From: Verrucomicrobiota bacterium
Lineage (GTDB): Bacteria > Verrucomicrobiota > Verrucomicrobiia > Chthoniobacterales > UBA10450
Direction of reading: 5' to 3'
Length of the DNA: 64,000 bases
NCBI GenBank assembly: GCA_003219465.1
Contig: QHOX01000162.1
Coordinates: 4,500-68,499 of the forward strand
The notes under the pieces were generated by a model, which was given only the letters and a program-made list of their open reading frames with translations, made no database searches and was not told where the DNA came from. Below, one piece after another: positions 52,721 through 61,968 of this stretch (the first letter of the stretch is position 1; every line of letters begins with the position of its first letter). A program made the position numbers and the translations under genes.

Positions 52721-53490
52721 GATGCGCGAGGGATCTGCGTAGCGCAATTGATGTGACAAAGAAAAGATCGCGGCGCCAAGGCCGCTCCCAGATTCGTAAG
52801 CGCCCATTCGTGATCGCCACCTTCGCGATGACTACCGATGGCAAGGTCACAACGAAAAACTTCGGGCCGGTTGATTTCACTTCCCGTGAAGACAAGCTGC
52901 ATTTGTTTCGACAACGCGCCTTGGCGGATGCGGTCTTGTTAGGACATACAAGTCTGGAACGCGACAACGTCCGGCTCGGCTTGCCAGCGGAACTGCAGGA
53001 AATGAGGATCAAGAGCGGTCAAACTCGCTCACCGCTGCGAGTGATCGTCTCGAACAAAGGCAAGATTGATAATCGGCTGAAGATCTTTCAATCTGACCTT
53101 TCGCCAATCATTATCTTTTCCACCAAACGAATGCCGCGGAAAAACCAGAAAGCGTTACAAAGAAAAGCTACGTTGCACTTAACCGACGCCCGGCACGTCG
53201 ATCTTGCTGTGATGCTGGAAACATTGCGTAATCAATACAAAGTGCGCACGCTCGCGTGCGAAGGCGGGCCTACGCTTTTTCGAGCTTTATTGGAAGAGAA
53301 CTTGATCGATCAACTCAATCTGACAATTGCGCCGTTCATGTTCGGCGGAGCCACTGCGCCTACGCTCACAGGCCTAGGCAACAAATTCCTGCCCGCCAGC
53401 GTGCACTGCTCCTTGATCAAAATGCGCACGATCGAGAACGAATGCTTTCTGACTTATCGAATCAAGCACCAGCGGGGTCGTCGAAACTAG
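52717..53490 (+). CDS. RibD C-terminal domain / dihydrofolate-reductase-like reductase
   Basis: RPFVIATFAMTTDGKV and LACEGGPTLFRALLEENLIDQLNLTIAPFMFGG. GTGA overlap with the upstream gene. Start uncertain. Confidence 0.7.
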   Translation: MRCARDLRSAIDVTKKRSRRQGRSQIRKRPFVIATFAMTTDGKVTTKNFGPVDFTSREDKLHLFRQRALADAVLLGHTSLERDNVRLGLPAELQEMRIKSGQTRSPLRVIVSNKGKIDNRLKIFQSDLSPIIIFSTKRMPRKNQKALQRKATLHLTDARHVDLAVMLETLRNQYKVRTLACEGGPTLFRALLEENLIDQLNLTIAPFMFGGATAPTLTGLGNKFLPASVHCSLIKMRTIENECFLTYRIKHQRGRRN

Positions 53491-53495
53491 ACAAC

Positions 53496-53713
53496 TTTTT
53501 TTGCGTCGCGGCCGACGCACAAGTTCACCGCCACAATTTGGGCAAACGAAGTTTAATTGTTCGGAACACGTCGCGCAAAAATGTGCATTCGAAGCTGCAA
53601 ATCAATGCTATCCCGCCTGGTGTGAGAGCGGCTCCGCACTTTTCACATCCACTTTTCAGTTCCAGCGCCATTTTGTTTTTCGTTAACGGTGGCAGCGCTT
53701 GAGCTTCAGACAT
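53496..53713 (-). pseudogene. DUF1272 zinc-ribbon protein, frameshifted
   Basis: ORF 53525..53713 reads ..MALELKSGCEKCGAALTPGGIALICSFECTF and then loses the motif. Shifting -1 at the T5 run (plus-strand A5, 53577..53581) gives CATCSEQLNFVCPNCGGELVRRPRRKK, the expected DUF1272 C-terminus as I recall the family. The 3' end is uncertain. Confidence 0.6.
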
Positions 53714-53857
53714 GCCGCGGTGTTGAACAAGCGAAACCGGTTACGCAACGAAGTTATTGTCTCGCAACCGTTACCATCCACAAATTTCTGCGCAATCTGT
53801 GGATCGTTTTGATAACAGGGATGACTTCGCTGAGACGTCTCGTATTGAAGGGATTTG

Positions 53858-54604
53858 TCAGCCTAGCCTCCGCGATTCCCGGCGAATTCGCGCGGCCTCG
53901 CGCATGAAGTTTGGATTTCGAATGATCGTCGTAGCATTTTCCTCCGCTGAATCGCTTCGAACGAACAGCGACAAGCAATCTATCAAGCGTCTGCCGCGCC
54001 AGTTCACCAGCTCCTGAGTGATGCAATGCAGTCCGTTCTGCTCGCACAAACCGCGAAATAAATCAGCGGTCATGTCTGGGTTTCGATGATGCGCCCAATC
54101 GAGAATCTGCAGTTTGATCAACGGTTTCGCCAGCGCATCGGGGAGCCGTTCACGCAGCGAATTAACGTATTCGCCAAAATTGGAATGATGAATGAAACCT
54201 TTGCCGCCGATTTTCAATTTGGGTCCGAGTTCGCGGAGGTACGCCCCCACGACGTCGCGCTTCGTATGTACGAAGGAATCAAAACTGAAAACAAAATCGA
54301 CTGACGCATCGGGGATCATCGATAACGAGCGGCCATCGTTGAGACAACAGCGCACGTGCGGAGTGGACGCAAAACGCCGGCGACACGCCTCGATGCATTC
54401 GCTCGACTTATCAACGGCCCACAGCTTATCGCAGTAATCCTTCAGAAAATGCGTCCATCGTCCAAAGCCAGGCGCAATTTCCAAAATCGTGCCGGCTGGC
54501 AGGCAATCGCGAACACGCGGAAAAATTGTGCGGTCCCATTGCGCATGCGAGGTGCCCCACGGCGCCGACCATTCCTCGCCCGCCTCTTTCCAATCGTATT
54601 TCAT
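53858..54604 (-). CDS. class I SAM-dependent methyltransferase
   Basis: ILEIAPGFGRWTHFL (motif I), WAVDKS and FVFSFDSFVH. Confidence 0.75.
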   Translation of the reverse strand: MKYDWKEAGEEWSAPWGTSHAQWDRTIFPRVRDCLPAGTILEIAPGFGRWTHFLKDYCDKLWAVDKSSECIEACRRRFASTPHVRCCLNDGRSLSMIPDASVDFVFSFDSFVHTKRDVVGAYLRELGPKLKIGGKGFIHHSNFGEYVNSLRERLPDALAKPLIKLQILDWAHHRNPDMTADLFRGLCEQNGLHCITQELVNWRGRRLIDCLSLFVRSDSAEENATTIIRNPNFMREAARIRRESRRLG

Positions 54605-54637
54605 CTGGTGGCGACGGATTCAAACGATCTCATAAAT

Positions 54638-54664
54638 GTCATTCTGAGTGAAGCGATGAATCTC
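54638..54664. repeat. half-site of the interspersed repeat family (GTCATTCTGAGTGAAGCGATGAATCTC)
   Basis: Similarity to 17760..17786 and to 20337 and 31876. A rearranged, degenerate relative may lie at 56886..56913. Confidence 0.55.
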
Positions 54665-55131
54665 TGAATGAACCTCCGTCTGTCGCCACGAATTTTCTTC
54701 ACCGGCATCGGTCAATTCAGTCGTCCGATATCAGACATCTGAGCTCTGCTCTCTTAACAATTGCTGGGAGCGGAATCCGACCGTCGACACGCGGATTTTC
54801 AGTCCATTCTTCCCACGAGGGAAACGCCGTAAAATCGTGGCCGCTACTCGTGCGGTAAATTCATTTGCATATCACAGTTTCAATGGAACATGTGTGCTCG
54901 TTTAACTTCGGCCTCAACCCGCAATGCACACGCGATTCTTGTTCCGTGATATGACACTGGATCAGTTGGCGCTGTTCATCGCTCGACAGCGCAGGCAGGA
55001 AGTTTTGCTGCGAAGAGTTCTGACGGAATTCGAATTGCTCCATTTGGCATAGCAATCGTTATCTTCTGCCACTCTTTATCAAGCAGATGACATGGAAGAT
55101 ATTAACCTGAAAATCTAGGACATTTACAAAT

Positions 55132-56883
55132 TTGGACGCTTCAATAACTCACAGTCACCTCATCCCTCCACATGGTGGCGAACTTATTAATCTCACTCTA
55201 GACGACGAAAGAGCGGCGGAACTAAAAGCCCAGTCGAGGGACTTTCCTTCGTGGGATTTAACGGCCCGCCACATCCGCGATCTTGAACTACTGCTGAACG
55301 GGGGTTTCTCTCCCTTACGCGCCTTCATGAACAAGGCAGATTACGAAGGGGTCTGCCACAATATGAAGCTGACGAGCGGCCTTGTCTGGCCGATACCGAT
55401 CACGCTCGATGTCACCGAATCTTTCGCTAAAACCCTGAAACCAGGCAGCAGCAAGATCGCGCTGCGGGATGCAGAAGGAGTAATGCTCGCGGCGCTTCAC
55501 GTGGAAGACGTGTGGCAACCGGATCGTAAAGCGGAAGCGAAAGCAGTTTTTAATACCACTAGCCCGCTTCACCCCGGAGCGAACTATCTGCTCAACAAAG
55601 AGAACCCATGGTATGTGGGCGGCCGTATCGAAGGTCTCCAACCGCCGTCGCATTACGATTTTAAGTATCTCCGTTTAACCCCAGCTGAATTGCGAGTCGA
55701 ATTCGCCCGGCTGGGTTGGCGCCGTGTGGTGGCATTTCAGACGCGTAATCCAATGCATCGCGCGCACGTAGAATTGACTCTTCGCGCAGCGAAACAGGTT
55801 GAAGCTAACCTGCTGATCCATCCCGTAGTTGGGATTACCAAGCTTGGCGACGTAGATTACTTCACGCGCGTGCGGTGCTATCAACGACTGCTCGCGAAAT
55901 ACCCGCATGGGACGGCAAAACTTTCCCTGTTGCCGCTGGCCATGCGCTTGGGCGGGCCACGGGAAGCGATTTGGCACGGCTTGATCCGAAAGAATCACGG
56001 CTGCACCCACCTAATCGTGGGACGCGATCACGCCGGCCCAGGCAAGGACGCGGACGGAAAGTCATTTTATGGACACTATGAAGCTCAAGAACTATTCAGG
56101 AAACACGAAGCTGCTATCGGCGTAAGCATGGTTCCGTTTAATATGATGGTCTATGTGGAAGATGAAGATAAGTATTTTCCGGAGGACGAAGTTCCCAAAG
56201 ATAAACACGTTTTGCACCTCTCTGGCACAGAATTGCGTCAGCGATTAAATGAAGGGCGCGACATTCCTGCATGGTTTACCTATCCCGAGGTCGTACAGGA
56301 ACTACGGCGCAGTTTTCCACCACGGCATAAACAAGGCCTGACAATCTTTTTCACTGGCCTCTCCGGCGCAGGCAAATCGACCATTGCCAGCGTTTTGGTC
56401 ACTAAATTTCTCGAAGTCGGTGGCAGACCAGTAACTCTTTTGGACGGCGATCTGGTTCGCAAGCATCTTTCATCAGAACTTGGCTTTTCCAAGGAACATA
56501 GAGATCTCAACATTCACCGCATCGGATACGTCGCTTCCGAGATCACCAAAAATGGCGGCATTGCAATTTGTGCTCCGATCGCGCCGTATGACTCCACTCG
56601 CAAACATGTGCGCGCCATGATCGAGCCAGTTGGCGGATTTATTATGGTGCATCTCTCCACGCCGGTTGACGTATGCGAACAGCGCGATCGCAAAGGTCTC
56701 TACGCGAAGGCGCGGGCTGGAATTATCAAGGAATTCACCGGCATTTCTGATCCCTACGAGGAGCCTACCGATGCAGAAGTGGTGATCAATACCGCCGAGC
56801 TCACACCCGAAGAGGCTGCGCAGGAAATCATCCTGCATTTAGAGCGTGAAGGCTTCATCGGACTTAATGAAGAACCGGCCTGA
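55132..56883 (+). CDS. sat-cysC: bifunctional sulfate adenylyltransferase / adenylylsulfate kinase (PAPS synthesis)
   Basis: LIPPHGGELINL, VAFQTRNPMHRAHVEL and VGRDHAGPG (ATP sulfurylase). C-terminal FFTGLSGAGKSTIASVL..LDGDLVR (APS kinase). TTG start, with no in-frame ATG nearby. Confidence 0.9.
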   Translation: MDASITHSHLIPPHGGELINLTLDDERAAELKAQSRDFPSWDLTARHIRDLELLLNGGFSPLRAFMNKADYEGVCHNMKLTSGLVWPIPITLDVTESFAKTLKPGSSKIALRDAEGVMLAALHVEDVWQPDRKAEAKAVFNTTSPLHPGANYLLNKENPWYVGGRIEGLQPPSHYDFKYLRLTPAELRVEFARLGWRRVVAFQTRNPMHRAHVELTLRAAKQVEANLLIHPVVGITKLGDVDYFTRVRCYQRLLAKYPHGTAKLSLLPLAMRLGGPREAIWHGLIRKNHGCTHLIVGRDHAGPGKDADGKSFYGHYEAQELFRKHEAAIGVSMVPFNMMVYVEDEDKYFPEDEVPKDKHVLHLSGTELRQRLNEGRDIPAWFTYPEVVQELRRSFPPRHKQGLTIFFTGLSGAGKSTIASVLVTKFLEVGGRPVTLLDGDLVRKHLSSELGFSKEHRDLNIHRIGYVASEITKNGGIAICAPIAPYDSTRKHVRAMIEPVGGFIMVHLSTPVDVCEQRDRKGLYAKARAGIIKEFTGISDPYEEPTDAEVVINTAELTPEEAAQEIILHLEREGFIGLNEEPA

Positions 56884-57057
56884 ACGCGAAGCGAAACTCA
56901 TTTTGAGAATCTCGTGGCACGACGCACACAGCTATGCGTGGACGGCGGCGATGCACTCGAGAACACAACGTTGAAAACGGTATCTTCACGTCCGTTCGCA
57001 CGCGATACGCAGGACGAGGCCTTAGGGACTGATCCGGAAAAAACGCGGAGGCGAGTC

Positions 57058-58443
57058 ATGGTCATTGGACTGGACTGCGCAGCGCCCGAATTGGTCTTCG
57101 ATCGCTGGCTTGATGAGCTACCAAACTTGAAGTCGATCTGCCGAAGCGGTCTGTACGGACAGCTTCGCTCGTGCGATCCGCCTATCACAGTGCCGGCGTG
57201 GTCGGTGATGATGTCCTCCAAGAGTCCTGGCCGGCTTGGAGTTTACGGGTTCCGAAACCGTGCGGATTACTCCTACGACCGCTATTCCATCGCCAACTCG
57301 CTTGCGATTAAAGAGGACCGGCTCTGGGACATCCTATCGCGCAGTGGAAAACGCTCCATTGTAATAGGCGTTCCGGGAACCTACCCACCACGCCCTCTGA
57401 ATGGCTTAATGGTAACAGACTTCCTCACTCCAGACACGACCTGCCAGTACACGCATCCGTCTGAACTCAAACAGGAGATCGAGCAGGTGGTTGGCGAATA
57501 TATTTTAGATGTGCGTGATTTTCGGTCCGGCAACAAGGAGAAGATTTTGGGCGATATCTATGAGATGACCCGGAAGCGCTTCCAGCTCGCACGGCATTTA
57601 CTGGCGAAGGAAGATTGGGATTATTTCATGATAGTTGAGATGGGCATGGACCGTATCCACCATGCGTTTTGGGACAATATGGACCCGGCTCATCGCTTGT
57701 ACGAGCCCGGCAACAAATTTGAGAATGCGATTCATGACTACTACAGAGAGGTGGACCGTGAAATCGGCGCGTTGCTCGCGTTTGCCGATGACGCGACGGC
57801 GGTGCTTGTGGTCTCTGATCACGGTGCCAAACGTATGGATGGCGGCATCTGCGTTAACGAATGGCTGATTGCAAATGGCTATCTCGCCCTCGCCGAAAAG
57901 CCTGCCCGCGCAACGCCGTTCTCTAAAGTCAAAATTGATTGGTCCCGGACGAAGGCATGGGGCGACGGCGGATATTACGCACGTATCTTTCTCAACGTCG
58001 CGGGCCGCGAGCCAAACGGAACCATAGCACCAGGAGATTATGAGAAAGTGCGTGACGACTTGACTGCTGGACTCAAAGCAATTCCGGATGAAAACGGACA
58101 CGAAATCGGCACGCAAGTTTTCCGGCCGGAGGAACTCTATAAAGAGGTGCGCGGCGTGGCGCCGGATCTAATCGTTTATTTTGGCGCTCTTTTCTGGCGC
58201 TCGGTTGGCAGCGTCGGCGACGGAAAAATACACACCTTCGAAAACGACACTGGGCCGGACGGAGCCAACCACGCCGAGAATGGCGTTTTCCTTTTCCGCC
58301 CGACTAACGGCGGCATTTCAGGGGGACGGCAAGTGGACGGGCTGCGGATAATTGATGTTGCGCCCACGATTTTGCGTTTATTTAGGCTGCCGATTCCGTT
58401 AGATATGGAAGGTAAGGCACTCGCCTTCGTCAACTGTGATTAA
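57058..58443 (+). CDS. NPP/alkaline-phosphatase family protein (paralogue 2)
   Basis: MVIGLDCAAPE, PPITVPAWSVMMSSKSPGRLG, VVSDHGA and GANHAENG. GGAGG 6 nt upstream of the ATG at 57058. Confidence 0.8.
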   Translation: MVIGLDCAAPELVFDRWLDELPNLKSICRSGLYGQLRSCDPPITVPAWSVMMSSKSPGRLGVYGFRNRADYSYDRYSIANSLAIKEDRLWDILSRSGKRSIVIGVPGTYPPRPLNGLMVTDFLTPDTTCQYTHPSELKQEIEQVVGEYILDVRDFRSGNKEKILGDIYEMTRKRFQLARHLLAKEDWDYFMIVEMGMDRIHHAFWDNMDPAHRLYEPGNKFENAIHDYYREVDREIGALLAFADDATAVLVVSDHGAKRMDGGICVNEWLIANGYLALAEKPARATPFSKVKIDWSRTKAWGDGGYYARIFLNVAGREPNGTIAPGDYEKVRDDLTAGLKAIPDENGHEIGTQVFRPEELYKEVRGVAPDLIVYFGALFWRSVGSVGDGKIHTFENDTGPDGANHAENGVFLFRPTNGGISGGRQVDGLRIIDVAPTILRLFRLPIPLDMEGKALAFVNCD

Positions 58444-58477
58444 AGCCCAGCCAAGTAATTTTCTCAGTCAAATAAGA

Positions 58478-59494
58478 ATGGTGCGCGCCAGGGCACCTCT
58501 GCGGTTGAGCTTCGGTGGCGGCGGCACCGATATCTCGCCCTATGCAGACACGCGCGGCGGCTGTGTGCTCAACGCCACGATTTCGCGCTACGTCTATGCG
58601 ACATTAGTCCCCAAGTCGGAACGTTCGATCGGCTTCCGCTCGTTCGATTACGGGACGGTGGTTTACTTCACCGAGGAGGAACACTTCGTCTTCAATGGTC
58701 AAATGGATTTGGTCAAGGGGGTGCTGAAGCGCTTCGAACTGGACAAGCTCCGCTCGGACGGCTTCGATCTTTTCGTCCATACCGATGCTCCGCCGGGCTC
58801 GGGCCTTGGCAGTTCCTCCACGTTCACCGTGGCGCTTATCGGCCTGTTTCGCGAGCTGCTTGGACTGCCGATTACACCCGGTGGCATAGCCGGCCTGGCT
58901 TACGACATTGAACGCAACGACGTAGGAATCAAAGGCGGCCGACAGGACCAGTATGCCGCTGCTTGTGGCGGTTTCAATTTCATGGAGTTCCATGGTGAAC
59001 AGGTGATCGTTACCCCGCTGCGACTCAGCGATTTTGTCATCAATGAACTTGAATACAACCTGCTCCTTTGTTCCATGGGAAGCCGCGAATCCCAGCCAAT
59101 CATCGGCAGCCAGATGGAAAGTATGAAAAATAAGGATGCTGAGCCTCTTGCGGCGATGGACAAGGTGAAAGAAATCGCGATCGAGATGAAAAAGGCGCTA
59201 CTACTGGGAGACCTCGATCGTTTTGGAGACATGCTTCATGAGGGTTGGTTGCAGAAGCAAAAAATGGCGCCGGGCATTACAACGCCGCATATCGACGAGC
59301 TTTACTCGGAAGCACGCAAGGCTGGCGCCGTCGGCGGCAAGATCACCGGGGCAGGCGGAGGCGGCCACATGATGCTCTACTGCCCGTTTAACAAACGCCA
59401 CATAGTCAGAGAGCGTCTCACTGCGATGGACGCGCGGGTTATTGATTTTCGATTTGACGCGAGTGGGATGCAGACGTGGCGCGTATATAAATGA
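58478..59494 (+). CDS. GHMP family sugar kinase (HddA/GalK-like)
   Basis: RAPLRLSFGGGGTDISPY, TDAPPGSGLGSSSTFTVA (motif II) and KITGAGGGGHMM (motif III). Confidence 0.8.
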   Translation: MVRARAPLRLSFGGGGTDISPYADTRGGCVLNATISRYVYATLVPKSERSIGFRSFDYGTVVYFTEEEHFVFNGQMDLVKGVLKRFELDKLRSDGFDLFVHTDAPPGSGLGSSSTFTVALIGLFRELLGLPITPGGIAGLAYDIERNDVGIKGGRQDQYAAACGGFNFMEFHGEQVIVTPLRLSDFVINELEYNLLLCSMGSRESQPIIGSQMESMKNKDAEPLAAMDKVKEIAIEMKKALLLGDLDRFGDMLHEGWLQKQKMAPGITTPHIDELYSEARKAGAVGGKITGAGGGGHMMLYCPFNKRHIVRERLTAMDARVIDFRFDASGMQTWRVYK

Positions 59495-59571
59495 TTTGAT
59501 CCCAACACCTCGGTTAATCGAATTTTGAGCGGACTTACGTACGGCATTATATATATCAATCTGCTTCCGAC

Positions 59572-61305
59572 ATGAAAAAAGATCCAAAGGTGGCAATCAT
59601 AGGATTGGATGCGGCGACCTGGACACTTATTCGTCCGTGGATGGCCGAAGGCAGCATGCCGAATCTGGCAAAGTTGATGAAGGAGGGCGTGTCGGGAACA
59701 CTCCGATCGATTCTTCCACCAATTACGCCGCCGGCATGGACTTCGTTCATGACCGGCAAGAATCCTGGCAAACACGGCGTCTTTCATTTTATCGAGACCG
59801 CAGCCGACAGCTATGCGATGAATTATGCCAACGGTGGTTCACGCCGGTCGCCCACAGTCTGGAAGATACTCAATGACGCGGGATTCAGTGTGGGGACGAT
59901 GAATATTCCGTTTACCTATCCGCCTGAGGCGCTGGATGGTTTTCAGATTTCGGGCTTGGATACGCCATCGCCCAATAGCGAATTCGTCTATCCAGCGTCC
60001 CTGAAACGCGAGCTGGTCGATCATTTGGGCAAGATTAATCATGATCTTCGCTTCCTCGGGAACATGTCTACGGACCACCGGCGGGCTCAAGTGGTGGCCG
60101 AGATGGAAAAGATCGACCAGCAGTGGGCCGCAGTCGCTCTTTACCTTCTGGAACGCCATCCGCAAGACGTGATGATGTTCGTCTTCATGTCGATAGATAC
60201 AGTCCAGCACTACTTTTGGCAGTACATGGACAGCAGTCATTTTCTTCACGACCCGAAGGCAGGGGCTCGTTTTGGAAATGCAGTGCGTCAGGTGTACGAA
60301 CGACTCGACGCGGTGACCGGCCGGATAATCGAGAAGCTTCCCAAAGAGACGACGGTCTTCGTTGTCTCCGACCACGGCGGTGGCCCGGTGGTCGATCGCA
60401 CCGTGTTTTTAAACCGATACCTGCATCACCTCGGGCTTCTACACTACCGGAAGGACGAAAGCGGCGGCGGAAAGCGACGCGGTGCGCTACGCAAGATTAA
60501 ATTAAAAATCCTGCAAGGCGCATATTCGTTTCTGCGTAGCGTGCTCTCGTCACGCCAGAAGAGCCTTCTTGCCGAAATGTTTCCCAGACTTAGGAAGAGA
60601 GCGGAACTCGCCTACACATCATTTGTAGATATCGATTGGACTCGTACCAAAGCGTTTTGCAGCGAAGTGCTCGCCTCGCCGCCGAACATCTGGATTAACC
60701 TGAAAGGGATAAAACCCCGTGGCATCGTGGAACCTACCGAGTACAGCGCGCTGACTGACTTTATCATTGAGAAATTGCGGGAGCTCAAAGATCCGCGAAC
60801 CGGCAAGCCGATAATCGCCCGCGTTTATCGACGCGACGAGCTCTTCCACGGTCCGTTTTCCAACGAGGCCGCCGACCTCATTGTCGATTGGTGGAGCGAA
60901 GACAGTCTTTTCTCGACGGCGCCAAGTTTGGCCAAGGACCGCGACAAGCCGGCGGTCATTATTAGCGAGCATCGCCCATCTGAAGATTCCGTCTGGGGCG
61001 GCACGCATCGTCGCGACGGGATTCTCGTTGCCACGGGACCGGGCTTAAAGAGAGGAGCGGAGATCGAAAACGCACAACTCATCGATTTCGCTCCGACGGT
61101 TCTCCATCATCTTGGCTTGGCTGTCCCAGAGGACATGGATGGCCGCGTCCTGGCGGACGCATTTCGGCCGGAATTTTTAGCCGCGCATCCTGTCAAAGCG
61201 GGCGCTGCCTCCGGTATTTCCGAGAGCGATCGCTCGAGCGGTTACACCGACGAGGAGTCTGCCAAAGTCGAGGAACGCCTCCAAGCGCTTGGCTATTTGG
61301 AATAG
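59572..61305 (+). CDS. NPP/alkaline-phosphatase family protein (paralogue 3)
   Basis: VAIIGLDAATW, PPITPPAWTSFMTGKNPGKHG, FVVSDHGG and WGGTHRRDG. Confidence 0.8.
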   Translation: MKKDPKVAIIGLDAATWTLIRPWMAEGSMPNLAKLMKEGVSGTLRSILPPITPPAWTSFMTGKNPGKHGVFHFIETAADSYAMNYANGGSRRSPTVWKILNDAGFSVGTMNIPFTYPPEALDGFQISGLDTPSPNSEFVYPASLKRELVDHLGKINHDLRFLGNMSTDHRRAQVVAEMEKIDQQWAAVALYLLERHPQDVMMFVFMSIDTVQHYFWQYMDSSHFLHDPKAGARFGNAVRQVYERLDAVTGRIIEKLPKETTVFVVSDHGGGPVVDRTVFLNRYLHHLGLLHYRKDESGGGKRRGALRKIKLKILQGAYSFLRSVLSSRQKSLLAEMFPRLRKRAELAYTSFVDIDWTRTKAFCSEVLASPPNIWINLKGIKPRGIVEPTEYSALTDFIIEKLRELKDPRTGKPIIARVYRRDELFHGPFSNEAADLIVDWWSEDSLFSTAPSLAKDRDKPAVIISEHRPSEDSVWGGTHRRDGILVATGPGLKRGAEIENAQLIDFAPTVLHHLGLAVPEDMDGRVLADAFRPEFLAAHPVKAGAASGISESDRSSGYTDEESAKVEERLQALGYLE

Positions 61306-61320
61306 TTACGAAGAAAAGCT

Positions 61321-61968
61321 ATGTTTGAAAACATTCGCGCCGATCTTCGTCGCAAAACCACCGCCTTCGGTGTGCGCCCGGAAGATCAGACCTTTTTTCG
61401 TAAACGAATCACACCTTTTCTCGAGTTCGGCACCTTTGCCGTCATCGTCTATCGCTTCGGTTCCTGGGCCTACAAAGTCAAAGTCCCCATCATTCGCCAG
61501 ATTCTCATCGCGCTTTATCTCTTCATCAATGTCGCGTGCATGATCATAACGGGGATTCACATCTCGCGCGAAAACGACATCGGGCCGGGTCTGGTTGTCC
61601 ATAACTTTTGTGGCATTCTCGTCCTGGCGAAAAAGATCGGCCATAGCTGCACTCTCAATCAGGGGGCCAGCATCATGAACGTGCGCGGCGTCGGCCGTGC
61701 GACGATTGGCAACAACTGCTATTTTGGCGCCGGTTGTAAGGTTGTCGGAGCGATCACAATCGGCGACAACGTCGTGGTAAGCCCAAACTCTCTTGTGATC
61801 ACCGACGTGCCAAGCGGCGCGACGGTCCTCGGAGTGCCTGCGCGAGTTATTTCGCGGGAGGCGACCAGCCCCTATCTCAAGAACCCCATCATCCCAGTTA
61901 GCCCTGAGGCAACAAATGATTCCAAACCGGCCACCCGCGTGCCGGCTTCGACTTCGGGTGTCTCGTGA
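61321..61968 (+). CDS. hexapeptide-repeat O-acetyltransferase (serine acetyltransferase-like)
   Basis: IGPGLVVHNF.GILV..IGHSCTLNQGASI..IGNNCYFGAGCKVVGAITIGDNVVVSPNSLV..VPSGATVLGVPAR (LbH repeats). Confidence 0.8.
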   Translation: MFENIRADLRRKTTAFGVRPEDQTFFRKRITPFLEFGTFAVIVYRFGSWAYKVKVPIIRQILIALYLFINVACMIITGIHISRENDIGPGLVVHNFCGILVLAKKIGHSCTLNQGASIMNVRGVGRATIGNNCYFGAGCKVVGAITIGDNVVVSPNSLVITDVPSGATVLGVPARVISREATSPYLKNPIIPVSPEATNDSKPATRVPASTSGVS

